Source: Octopus vulgaris
Taxonomy: Eukaryota
Assembly: GCA_951406725.2 (NCBI GenBank)
Contig: OX597828.1
Location: 33,852,001-33,916,000, forward strand
Reading direction: 5' to 3'
Length of the DNA stretch: 64,000 bases
Shown: piece after piece, positions 1 through 12,500 of the stretch
Numbering within the stretch: position 1 is the stretch's first letter
Layout: every line of letters starts with the position of its first letter
Program-made: the position numbers and the translations under genes
The notes under the pieces: generated by a model
Seen by the model: the letters and a program-made list of their open reading frames with translations, nothing else
What the model was told of the DNA's origin: nothing
Database searches by the model: none

Positions 1-515
1 TGTGAGTTTTGGAAGGAGCACTACAACAATGTTAACTGCCTGAAATTCATTGATATGGCCTGGCAGGGTGTAATGAGGAGAACGCTGAATTCTGTATGGA
101 GAAAAAGTCTAAATTAAGCAAAGTGAGAGAGAACTCTTCAGAAATTGTTCTTCCAAAAGTCTTAATAGAAGGAGATTCTCCTTCCAAACAACAATCCTTT
201 TCCTCCCTGCTCCATCATCTTCCTCCCCGCTCCATCATCTTCCTCGTGCACAAATCATCCAATCTGTGAGGTAATTAAATCAATAGAACCAGTTTACATA
301 TTTCTTTTGCATTCTCTTTTATCATGCTTTCATAATTGTCATTTTCCTTGTAACTGCATCTTTTCTGTTTTAAAAGTCATAAAAAATGATTTTTGGGTAG
401 TTTTGTGGGGCTGGAACCAATTAACAATATTCTAATTAACTTCAATGAGAAAAACTGATTTGTAAAACAAGCTCAGTCATGGAATGAATTAAACTCAGGC
501 TGCGAGATAGCACTA
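1..515 (+). mobile_element. Tigger/pogo-like DNA transposon remnant (3' part)
   Basis: First ~100 nt translate to EFWKEHYNNVNCLKFIDMAWQGVMRRTLNSVWRK, resembling TIGD1/Tigger DDE C-terminus; degenerate TIR-like end ...cactata. Confidence 0.6.
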
Positions 516-635
516 TATATTAATACATATTATCTATTATGTTAACACATATCATTTATTACGCTACAAATAATATTATTACATATTATATATAGCATAG
601 AATGGAATTAAAGAAGAAAGATAGTGTATATTTAC

Positions 636-1339
636 CAATATTGTTCACTTGAAGTACTCTGCTGATCATTTTCTGTTATATCACATTTTTGCTGAGATGT
701 TTTCTTCTGCTGCTCACTGGAAATGTTGTTATAAAAATTTATAGAATATTCATTACTGGGGAAACAAAGCTCCAGAACAGAAGCTTGTTTTAAGTCTACA
801 ATCTCCCACCTCTGTCCCATGTGACACAAGACTTTACAACGTGTAAAGTCACATATGACCCCAGGGGAGTCGGCACTGGCTTCTTTCACACTCAGTAACA
901 CACAATTCTTGTACACTAGTTCCATTTGTTTCTGCCAGCACCGCCATCGAATTGTCTTCACAATTTCTTTACGGATAATTGGCAGACATTGGTCACAACA
1001 ACAATCAATATCAAACAAGTATTCAGCTGTGGTGTATATACATTTGTCTGCCAAGAGTCTTGTAATAACCTGGGGCCAAAATCCACTGGGTATGTACATT
1101 AGCTGGTATAGTCGGCACATGGAATGGATCGGTTCCAATTTATAAGAATTCAGTTTTGCTTGGGAAGTATCAAAAGAATTTTCTTGTTTATTTTCAAGTA
1201 CAGGAGACGTTTCAACTTTTACAAGATTGTTCTGAGGTAGTGGTTTGGTAGGAATATTTTCTGGGACTTTTATACTGATGCTCTCATCAAAGTTCAAATT
1301 TGGATTTTCTTCATCACTTTCATCATATTTTAATTTTAC
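636..1339 (-). CDS. Lrrk: LRRK-like exon 20 ([25 protein letters not shown]...WRCWQ)
   Basis: Poly-T tract with gatcag acceptor, GTAAAT donor, phase 0-2. Confidence 0.88.
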
Positions 1340-4300
1340 CTGATCAAAAAAAAAAAAAAAGGAAAATGAAAATAAATTGAAAGAAAATGAGAAATGAAGT
1401 AAAGATTTAAATTATTATGGAAGTGCCACCGGACTGGCTCCCATGCAGGTGGCACATAAAAAACACCTTTTGAGTGTGGTCATTGCAAGTACCGCATGAC
1501 TGCCCCTCGTGCCGGTGACACGTAAAAGCACCCACTACACTCACGGAGTGGTTGATGTCAGGAAGGGCATCCAGCTGTAGAAACTTTGCTAGATCAGATT
1601 GGAGCCTGGTGCAGCCTTCTGGCTTGCCAGCCCTCAGTCAAACCGTCCAACCCATGCCAGCATGGAAAGCAGACGATGATGATGATGATGATGATGTGTT
1701 TCTTCTTTGACATGTTACAGTTTCTTTCACTTCCGTTGGCAATGGTGATACCAAATAACTGAAAAGTATGGTTTTATCAACATCCTTAGATTTACCTTCA
1801 ATGTTTCTCAACATATTTATGTTTGTCTTCAACATTTATCAACATGACATTTCTATTCATGTATAATATACACCCATGTTTAAAGCACATCTGTAATTAT
1901 GAGCAAAGAAATTTCTCCAGAAACTACATCTTGTGTATAATACGCAGTAACATGTCTTTATTATTACAATGCAAAGGAAGAAGAAAGGGAAGCTTTGTTA
2001 AATTTACTATAATTACGAAATAAAATACATTCAAAAAGTTTACACATCTTAAATGCAATGAAAACCAACTTCAAAAGTGATCTTTGAATTTTACTTGTGC
2101 AAGATGTAAAATTGCAACTTCTGTGGAATCGGCAGTGGAAGAAGTGCACGTTGTACACAAATAATTATAAAGATTGTTTGCCAACATAACATGGCAGTCC
2201 TGGTTTAGGACGAATGTTGCTGTAATTTAACTCCAGGAGACATCGTCTCCAATTGGCTATTTTCGAACAAGGGAATCCAGCACCCCAACTCAGTTCAAAA
2301 CAATATCTGTGTATAACCCAGAAATCATGATACACAGATATTGTTTTGAGCTGAGAGGGGATGCTAGTTTCCCTTGTTTGAAAATATAAGGACACAGATC
2401 ATGTCGTATAGCCAGCTGGAGACAAAATCTCCTGGGGCTAAATTACAGCAACATTCATCCTAAACCAGGACTGCCATGTTATGTTAGCAAACAATCTTTA
2501 CTCCAAGGCACTGTTGCTGAATATCTCGCATTGTGAGATTTAAAAATAGCTATTTTCTAACAAATAAATATGATAGTTATTTCTTCACTGATTTGTTATT
2601 AACATCCACTTTTCAATAGTTGCTGACTCTCAACTATTGAAAAGGTTGCAAGACGCAACAAAAATTTGAATGGAAATATTACCAGTGAGTGTGTTAAATT
2701 GTAAGGCACTAAAAGAAAATGACTCTCCCCAGACACAACAGAAAATACAATAAGGAAGAAAAAAAAACTTACCAGAACTTGTTTTTCACAGGGCACAGTT
2801 GGTAGCAAAGATGGAATTAAAAGTTTATCTTTATCAAACTGTAGGGCTAATTCAAACTTACTCAGTAAGTCTAACATGTAGCCTTGAGAACCAGAATTTG
2901 GACTCTTTGATAAACTCTTATAGAGCAGACCTAAGTCTTTCATATACATCACACCTGAAACAAAGAAACAGCGAATTGTTTTAAATCAAGAATCAAACCA
3001 TTTCAAGCATGGCATGGTATGTTATTGTATGGTATGGTGAAGGGGCATGTGCTATTGCAGAACATCGCTGCATCTACATTATTTACATTTGATGGATATT
3101 TGTCCTCATTTTGTTTGTTGTTAACATAACTTTTCAGCTGATACACCCTCCAGCTTTCATCAGGTGTCTTGAGGAAATTCTCTGGGTTCTCGTTCCTAAG
3201 ATATTTTTCGCTGTTGTTGTTATTATTATCATTATTATTATTATTATTATCATTATTATTGTTATTCAGGTCACTGCCTGGAATCGAACTAGGAATCTTG
3301 GGATTGGTAGCCTGAGCTTTTAACCACTACGCCATATGCCCGTGGGCCTATGACATATTGGTTAATTGAAATTTTCCCAAGACACCTGATGAAGGCTGGA
3401 GGGTATATCAGCTGAAATGTTATGTTAACAACAAACAAGATGAAGACAAATATCCATCAAATGTAGATAATGTACATAATTCCTCATTTCTTAAATACAG
3501 AACTGTATTGCTGCAACTGTCATTTGTCAGTCTTTTTTTGGATTGTCTTGTTTGGATTGTCCCAGCCACACCACATCTTAAATAGAAAAAAATTATAATT
3601 TTCTGTTTATAGTGATATATCTTTATGTAATTTACTGAGCAACAACAGAAGAGCAAAGGTTTCCATGCCAAGTCTTATTCGGTGAACTCACTTAAGGAAA
3701 AAGACAAGAGGGTTGCCCTCTTCGAAGATACAAGGACCAATTCAAGACAACACTGAAAGTCACTGGAATTAATCCTAAATCATTTGAAAAACAAGCTTCA
3801 GACTGGGCCCCACCTGCAAGGTGATGCACCGTTTATCATGATATGAGATCACCATTTCGTGCACATTTGGTTGTGATGCCTGGTGTACCCTTATCAAAGC
3901 TAAACTATGGAAAGAGACTGCTTATTCTCTAAACCCCTACTGATTCCTGCAAAAGAAATGAAGAACTGAATGGAGATCCTGTAGGCTGTCAAAGATCTCT
4001 TTAGTCTCCTTGTATGAGTCAACCTTTTTAGTCCCAAAATCATGAGAAAATGTATGTGGTCTGCATTATAAAGTTGTTGGTTACTGGAAGGGCTTCTTTG
4101 GGCAGTGAGATGAACAAACACATTGGGTAGCAAAACAAAGTACCCTAATGGATAGTATGATAAAGGACCACAATGGGTCCATCCAGGAGGATAATAACTT
4201 GGGATAATACCTGACACAGAATAGAGAAGACCCTTCAGTCATCTTTCCTAAAAAAAACACTCCAGGCACAGGAGTGGCTGTGTGGTAAGTAGCTTGCTTA

Positions 4301-4424
4301 CCAACCACACGGTTCCGGGTTCAGTCCCACTGCGTGGCACCTTGGGAAAGTGTCTTCTATTATAGCCTCGGACCGACCAAAGCCTTGTGAGTGAATTTGG
4401 TAGACGGAAACTGAAAGAAGCCTG

Positions 4425-4482
<58 letters not shown>

Positions 4483-5356
4483 GTGTGTCTGTGTTTGTCC
4501 CCCCAACATCGCTAGAATAAGTACTAGGCTTACAAAGAATAAGTCCTGAGGTCGATTTGCTCGACTAAAAGGCAGTGCTCCAGCATGGCCACAGTCAAAT
4601 GACTGAAACAAGTAAAAGAGTAAGAGTTTTAGAGTCATACAATTAAATGCATCCAGTATACTTTGTAAAACTGATAGTGATAAGAGCAACCATAAGAGCA
4701 ACCATGAGGTAAAAATGGAACATATAAGAAAGATGTGTAATCTATAATCCACATCCTGTGCTAGCAGGGACAGTAGCACCAAATAAAAATTAATACAGAG
4801 TTGAAGGAACTCTTTAGTTCTACCCCCACACAATCTCTCCAGTGCTGGTGGCATAATAACAGGTACCAGGTCTATACCACAAAACATACATATAACAACA
4901 GTGGTTAGTGTTTTTCCACTGATGTGCATGTATGATAACACAGAACGCAATGCATTACAAGACTCGTCCAATCCAAGTTAACATGTTACAATGAACATAA
5001 GATGATGACAACAAAGACGATGGTGAGGATGATGACAATGATGTTGGTGATGATGACGACAATGATGTATAAATCAATAAAAAAAAAGTTCTACAAACCG
5101 TTGACAGCAAATTTGTTTACTTCTCGAATGGTGACCACTTTAGCAAGTTGATCACAAAGCCACTGGGGGTCAAGGAAATATGTATCAGATAGGTTGATAT
5201 CTTCATAATGACAAAGGACACCTAAAAATAAATGATTGAAGGACATTTGAAATTCTTCAAAAAATCAAAGAAATTATTCTCACATAAATCCAACCCATGA
5301 CTTTATTTTTGAATGCCAAATATTGTGTTAGTATGTAAATATATATATACATACAT

Positions 5357-5398
<42 letters not shown>

Positions 5399-6536
5399 AT
5401 GGAATTTTGTCAGTGAATGGATCTTCTACTATAGCCTCGGGCCAACCAAGGCTTTGTGAGTGAATTTAGTAGATGGAAACTGAAAGAAGCCTGTCACGTG
5501 TGTGTGTATGTTTGTGTGTCTGTGTTTCTCCCACCCCACCATCGCTTGACAACCGATGTCGCTGTGTTCATGTCTCTGTAACTTAGCGGTTCAGCAAAAG
5601 CGACTAATCAAATAAGTACTGGGCTTACAAAGAATAAGTCCTGGGGTTGCTTTGTTCAACTAAAAGGCAGTGCTCCAGCATGGCCACAGTCAAATAAATG
5701 ACTGAAACAAAATAAAAGAACAACATATGTATATTGCAATATTGGTAAGATTGGTACTCCTAAGGTCAGTCAGTAGCTCGACACCAAAACCTTTGACCTC
5801 AGAGGTTAATCAATTACATCAGCATCTTCTGTGACTTTGGATGGAAGCACTCCGTCGGTTACGACAACGAGGGTTCCGGTTGATCCGAATCAACGGAACA
5901 GCCTGCTCGTGAAATTAACGTGTAAGTGGCTGAGCACTCCACAGACACGTGCACCCTTAACGTAGTTCTCGGGGATATTCAGCGTGACACAGAGAGTGAC
6001 AAGGCCGGCCCCTTGAAATACAGGTACAACAGAAACAGGAAGTAAGAGTGAGAGAAAGTTGTGGTGAAAGAGTAAAGCAGGGATCACCACCATCCCCTGC
6101 CGGAGCCTCGTGGAGCTTTAGGTGTTTTCGCTCAATAAACACTCACAACGCCCGGTCTGGGAATCGAAACCGCGATCCTATGACCGCGAGTCCGCTGCCC
6201 TAACCACTGGGCCATTGCGCCTCCACTTCTGTGACTTTACAGGCAGATGAGACATACTATGAAGTATGATAAGGCACCAAGATAAATGGAAAGAGTGGAA
6301 GCAGAAATAGGAAAGAAGCAGAAGTAAAAGCAGCATTTACCATTTTCATGAAGGAAGTGTGTGGCCTGATCAAGTTCAGCAACATCCCTAAAAGATGTTC
6401 CAATGCGTTCCATCATCTTGTTCATCACTTGTATTCTATAAGAAAGGAGGAAAAAGAGAAGAAAGAAGAGATGCTAGTTGAATTTAGATGGAGAGAGTGC
6501 AGTAGTGGTGGTGGGGGAGGAGACATACAAATAGAT

Positions 6537-6573
<37 letters not shown>

Positions 6574-9500
6574 AACAGACAGATAGACAGAGAGGGACAG
6601 ACAGAGAGATCAAGAGAACAGACAAATGACCGACAGACAGATGACAGACATCACATAGGCATGGAAACAAATGGACAGACAGACACAGAGAGACAGGCAG
6701 ACAGGCAGACAAAGAAAGCAACTGACAAGGAAGGGGGAGGGGGAGGAGGAGTTAACTAACTAACTAAATAAATAAATATATATATTTCTTTATTGCCCCA
6801 CAGGGGGCTAAACATAGAGGGGACAAACAAGGACAGACAAAGGGATTAAGTCAATTACATCGACCCCAGTGCGTAACTGGTACTTATTTAATCGACCCCG
6901 AAAGGATGAAAGGCAAAGTCGACCTCAGCGGGATTTGAACTCAGAATGTAGCGGCAGACGAAATACGGCTACACATTTCGCCCGGCGTGCTAACGTTTCT
7001 GCCAGCTCACCGCCTTTATAAATAAATATATAACTTACTTGTACAATTCGCGTGTTAACACAGGGTCTTCTCCATTAGCTTTCTTGTTTTCCGCTATTTC
7101 TTGAACTATTTCTTGTAGAAACAAGTATTTCTTTGGAATCTTTTGCTTCAGTAGAATGGTTTGTTTACTTTCTGCAAAATAAGAAAAGAAACAAAATTTT
7201 TAATAAAATCAAAGAAGAAAATCACTTATTTAATTATAGAATGATTGTGAAAGCATCTGGCTTTTTCGTCATCATCATCATATGATGTTCTACTGTCTAA
7301 AAAGTTAGGCACACAGCAAAATGTTCTCCTAGATAAGCTATGCCTGAATAAAATGTGCATGCTATTGGCTGCAACATATAGATCAGATTAATCAGGAATC
7401 AGAGAAAGCAACAACAACATGTTTACCAATTCTGCCAGTTTACCACCTTAACAACAACAACAACAAGAAAGATTTCGAATTTTGGTCTGGTGTGCTAAGC
7501 GTTGGCACACCAGGTGAGATGCTTCATGTTCCTAAACAACAATAATAATAATGGTTTCAAATTTTGCCAAATTTCACAGGTCTACACTTAGAACAGTACC
7601 ATCCACTCTTGCCATTTTTGCAACTTGAAGAAAAAGGGGGAGGGGAGGGGAGGGGGAGGGGAGGGGGAGGGGAGGGGAGGGGGAACAAGGAGGAGGAGGA
7701 GAAAAAGAAGAAGAAGGAGGAGGAGGAGGAGGAGGAGGAGAAGAAGGAGGAGAAAAAGAAGATGAAGAAGAAGGAGGAGGAGAAAAAGAAGATGAAGAAG
7801 AAGAAGGAGGAGGAGAAAAAGAAGATGAAGAAGAAGAAGGAGGAGGAGAAAAAGAAGATGAAGAAGAAGAAGAAGAAGGAGGAGGAGGAGGAGGAGGAGG
7901 AGGAGAAAAAGAAGAAGAAGAAGAATGGTTTCCAATTTTGTCTCAAGAGCATCAATTTTTGTGTGGGGGGGTGGGTGCTGATTACATCAACCCCAGTGTT
8001 CAGCTGGTACTTATTTAATCAACCCTGAAAGGATGAAAGGTAAAATTGACCTCGATGGAATTTGAACTCAGAACATAGTGACAGGCGAAATACTGCTCAG
8101 CATTTCATCCACTGCACCAACAATTCTGTCAATTATTATTTCTACTCTAGGAACAAAGCTTTGGAGGAAGGGGGCCAGTTGATTATAATTGACCCCAGTG
8201 CATAACTGGTACTTATTTCATCGACCCCGAAAGGATGAAAGGCAAAGTCGACCTCAGCAGAATTTGAACTCAGAATGTAGTGGCAGACAAAATACCACTA
8301 AGCATTTCACCCAGCGTGCTAACAATTCTGCCAGCTTGCTGCCCTAAAAATAACAATAATTACTTCTTTTATTATTAGTCACAGGGGCATAGAAAAAGGG
8401 GACATCACAAGGACAGACAACAATTTGTATGGGGATTTACATAAAGGATGAGAAGAATGAAATGGGAAAGATGGTGAAGTGTGATGAAAGTCAGAAGCTC
8501 GTTATGACGCCATAGGCCACACAGAGTGCAGAATAAGATTTTAGAGAGAAACAGAGAGGCATCGTGTAAGCTAAGCTAGCATGGGAAAACAAATGTAAAA
8601 TGAACCAAAATATAAATTCAAACACACACACCTTCCATTTGTGTGATCAGGGCAATCAGCAATATATGTTAGAAACAGAGTAAATACATATGTATCTTGT
8701 TGTTTCTTTGCAACATGGACATAACCAAATATTTCAATGTAGAAGAGTTGAAACAACTCGTCACGTTGTAAGGGAACAATAAACTAAATATATACAAACA
8801 AACACATGTATGTGTATATATATATGTATATCACCATCGTGGAGGTGCAATGGCTTAGTGGATAGGGTAGCAGACTCGTGGTCATAGGATTGTGGTTTTG
8901 AGCATTGTGAGTGTTTATTGTGCATAAACACTTAAAGCTCCACAAGGCTCCAGCAGGGCGTGGTGGCAAACCCTGCTGTATTCTTTCACCACAACATTCT
9001 CTCACTCTTTCTTCCTGTTTCTGTTGTACCTGTATTTCAAAGGGTCAGCCTTGTCACACTCAGTGTCACACTGAATCTCCCCAAGAACTACGTTAAGGGT
9101 ACATGTGTCTGTGGAGTACTCAGCCACTTGCACGTATAATTTCACGAGCAGGCTGTTCTGTTGATTGGATCAACTGGAACCCTTGTCATTGTGACCGACA
9201 GGGTGCCACAATGATATCATCATCATCATCATCATCATTTAATGCCCGTTGTCCATGCTGGCATGGGTTGGACAGTTTGACCAGGATTGGCAAGCTTGAA
9301 GGCTGCATCAGGCTCCAGTCTGATTTGGCATGGTTTCTATGGCTAGATGCCCTTCCTAACACCAAACACTCTGAGAGTGTAATGGGGGCTTTTACGTGCC
9401 ACCAGCATGGGCACCATTTGCATGACACCAGTATCTGGCACGACTGCAATTTTACTTGGCTTGACAGGTCTTCTCACACACACACACACACACACACATG

Positions 9501-12500
9501 CATATACATTAGATGCATAAAGAATACATACTTGGATACCTTAGCTCAAAAGCTAAGTCATATATACGCTGTAGTAGTTTTTTCACATTATTTCCTGTTA
9601 TGTTGCTGACATTCCAAGCATCGATCACAATAGGCAAACCACATTTGTCTGGTTCAGGCACCATGTACCGTTCTTCAATGAGTTTCATCATGGTCTCTTC
9701 AAAGTCTTTTGGGAAGCTGCCACGAGTTGATCGGTTCTTGAGGACATCCAAGTGAGTTCCAATAATGATAACTGATGAACCAGGAGCTTGAGACTAGAAA
9801 TAGAAGTTGACACATAAAGAAGTTGACACATAAACAAGTGAACCATTTTGGTTATTCTGGCAACAGTTCCATTCACATTTTATCCTTTATCTTTCACCTG
9901 TTTCATTCACTGGACCGTGACCATGCTGGGGCACCACTTTGAAGGGTTTTGTTGAACAAATCAACCCCAGCATCTCTATATCTCTTATTATAAAAGGCAG
10001 ATTTTATCTGCCTCCCTTTGGGAGTTATACAAATCTACAATATAGGATTTCTTCAATTACAATTTACCTAGCATTTTTGAGAGTACAATGCATTGCGTCA
10101 TGCCAGGTTCAGTTTTTAAAATTTAAACTCCATTTAAGCAAAATTTACAGAAAACTCACATTCTGGTGTGTGTGTCAAATGCTTTTCTTAGTCTGGTTTA
10201 CACCACACGCAAACGCACACACACAGTGTGCGACGAATAAAATGAAAGTAAATGTAATATTTGTTTCTGTCTATCACGCTGATAGATACATGAGTAAAAT
10301 GTATGGGAAGCTAACAGATAACAGTGAGTGAAAATGTTCTTGGAAGAGAGTAAATTAGCGACAGAGTGATTTGAGCAAGACTAAACTGAAAGTATGAAAC
10401 AGTGTTTATGTATAAACAGACGACACTTATATAAACCCTTTCGTTACCAAACCGCCCGAATTTACCTATTCATATTTAAATGAGAATATCAGAGTAAATC
10501 TCTTTAGTACATTCGTGAAAACACGTATTATACTTCGTAAACACTTCAAATACAGTTTTGTACAAAAATCGAAGTGTAATTTTAATTCCGTGAATTATGG
10601 GAGATTTTTTTCCGAAATTTGTTCCTATTGTGTTTTCAAAATTTGTAATTCTGACAAAAAATGGATACGAATTTCATTATATCAAACAGCGAGTCAGAAT
10701 TCGAAGGATTTTCTACTGAAGACCTTCATAAATCTAACTCTATGACTGAAAAAAATAAGCATCTTTATATAAGAGTGAAGTTGTGTGTCTGTCCCCTTCG
10801 ATTTAGATTCGTAACTACTCCCACATTTTGCCGTGCAGTTTAACCAAAAGCGGGTATCTTATAGTCGTGATTCATATCGAGCCCTTCTGGGTATTAGCGC
10901 GCGTCTACGATGAGTCTACGATTTAAAAAAATTTACCATCATATTTTTCCATTTGAATGCATTTTTTCGCTTTTATATAAGGGAAGTAACTCTCTAAAAA
11001 TATCTATGATGTGTCAACGATTTAAAAAAAAATTTACCTTAATTTTTTTTTCAATTTTTAATGCATTTTTTTGCTATTTTTGGCTATAACTCTCTAAAAA
11101 TGCTTATATAGTTATTTCCCTTACAACCCGAGCAACGCCGGGCGATACTGCTAGTATATATATAAACGGCAAAATGTCTGTCTGTGTGTGTGTGTCCTTT
11201 ATACAAATCCACAATTTTTCAGTTAAAGGGCTCGCACTTTCTATGGTCATTCAAAACCGTCCAAAGGTGGTCGTGCACATCTTTACATTTCCCCAGTCAC
11301 CCCGCAAAGCCATTAAAAAATCAATAGAAGTGATTTTTTGTGAATTTTCTATCCAAAACCCAATCAAAATGCCCGAAACTTGATACGCCAATTGAATGCC
11401 AGCTAGCTGTATGTGACTGGTTGGAGATTTGGACAGTACTCGCGTGCATGTGTATACGCACGCAGCTGTATATGCATGCTGTATATTGCCAGGTCATAGT
11501 GCTAGTGTCTTTTTCAAGTCTAGGACTTATTCTATCAGTCACTTTTGCTAACCCTCAAACAAACCAACACCAGTTGTCAAGCAGTGGAAAAGGGACAAAC
11601 ACAATCATTCTATTGTCATCCTTTTAACTTTATTGAATTTATCATGTACAAAGATAAACTTAGGTTATTTCTGGGACTGAGGTTATGAAGTACCTGCTTT
11701 GTCTTTTCAAGTCTCCCCAGTTTTGTTGCTGAAGATTGGAATACTGTCAATCAATGAATCAACCGATTGATTGATCTATTATAATTACACATTGGGGTAC
11801 CTCATTAACCAATCATATCTTGAAAGCCACTGATCTAATGACTATGATCACTGTGGTGCTTACCATTTGATACATATGTACAACTATCTCTCTCTCATAT
11901 GTGTGTGTGTGTGTGTGTATTTTGTTGTATTTGGAGAGAGTCATAGTGCTGCTCATTTATTTATTACCTCTGCCTTAGCGAAGGTGGAGATATTGTTTTC
12001 AGTCGCATTTGCTTGCTTGTCTGTTTGTCTGTGGACAAGATATCGCCAGAACCACTGGATGGATTCAGATGAGACTTTCAAGGATGTTTGGCCTCATGAC
12101 TGGCACAAACTGATTAGATTTGGGGATCAATCCGGTACCAGATAAGGCTTCTGGATTATCTTTCCAGTTTTTATACTTAATTTACAAGAGCACTCAGGTT
12201 CATTTTTGTATTCTCATTTGTGAGAGCAATGGAGTTTATTTCAGATATTCTCATTTTAAAAATCATCTCTGGCTAATCATTGAGAGGACATTGGTGCTGC
12301 TTTGGCAGAGGTTTGCACTCTCTGAGTGCTCTTGTTTATCTATTTGTTTATTCCAGAAAGCCTTTTTGTTGTTGCATTTGCGACTGTATCAATGGATTTT
12401 GATTCTGACTGTCTATTCAAAATCTATTGATACAGTTGCAAATGCGACAACGAAAAGGCTTTCTGGAATGAAATAAATAAATAAATAAATGAGTGGAAAT

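Noticed and set aside
7557-8028. Poly-E/K, poly-F/S and poly-L ORFs
   Set aside because: Translations of a GAG/AAG microsatellite inside an intron.
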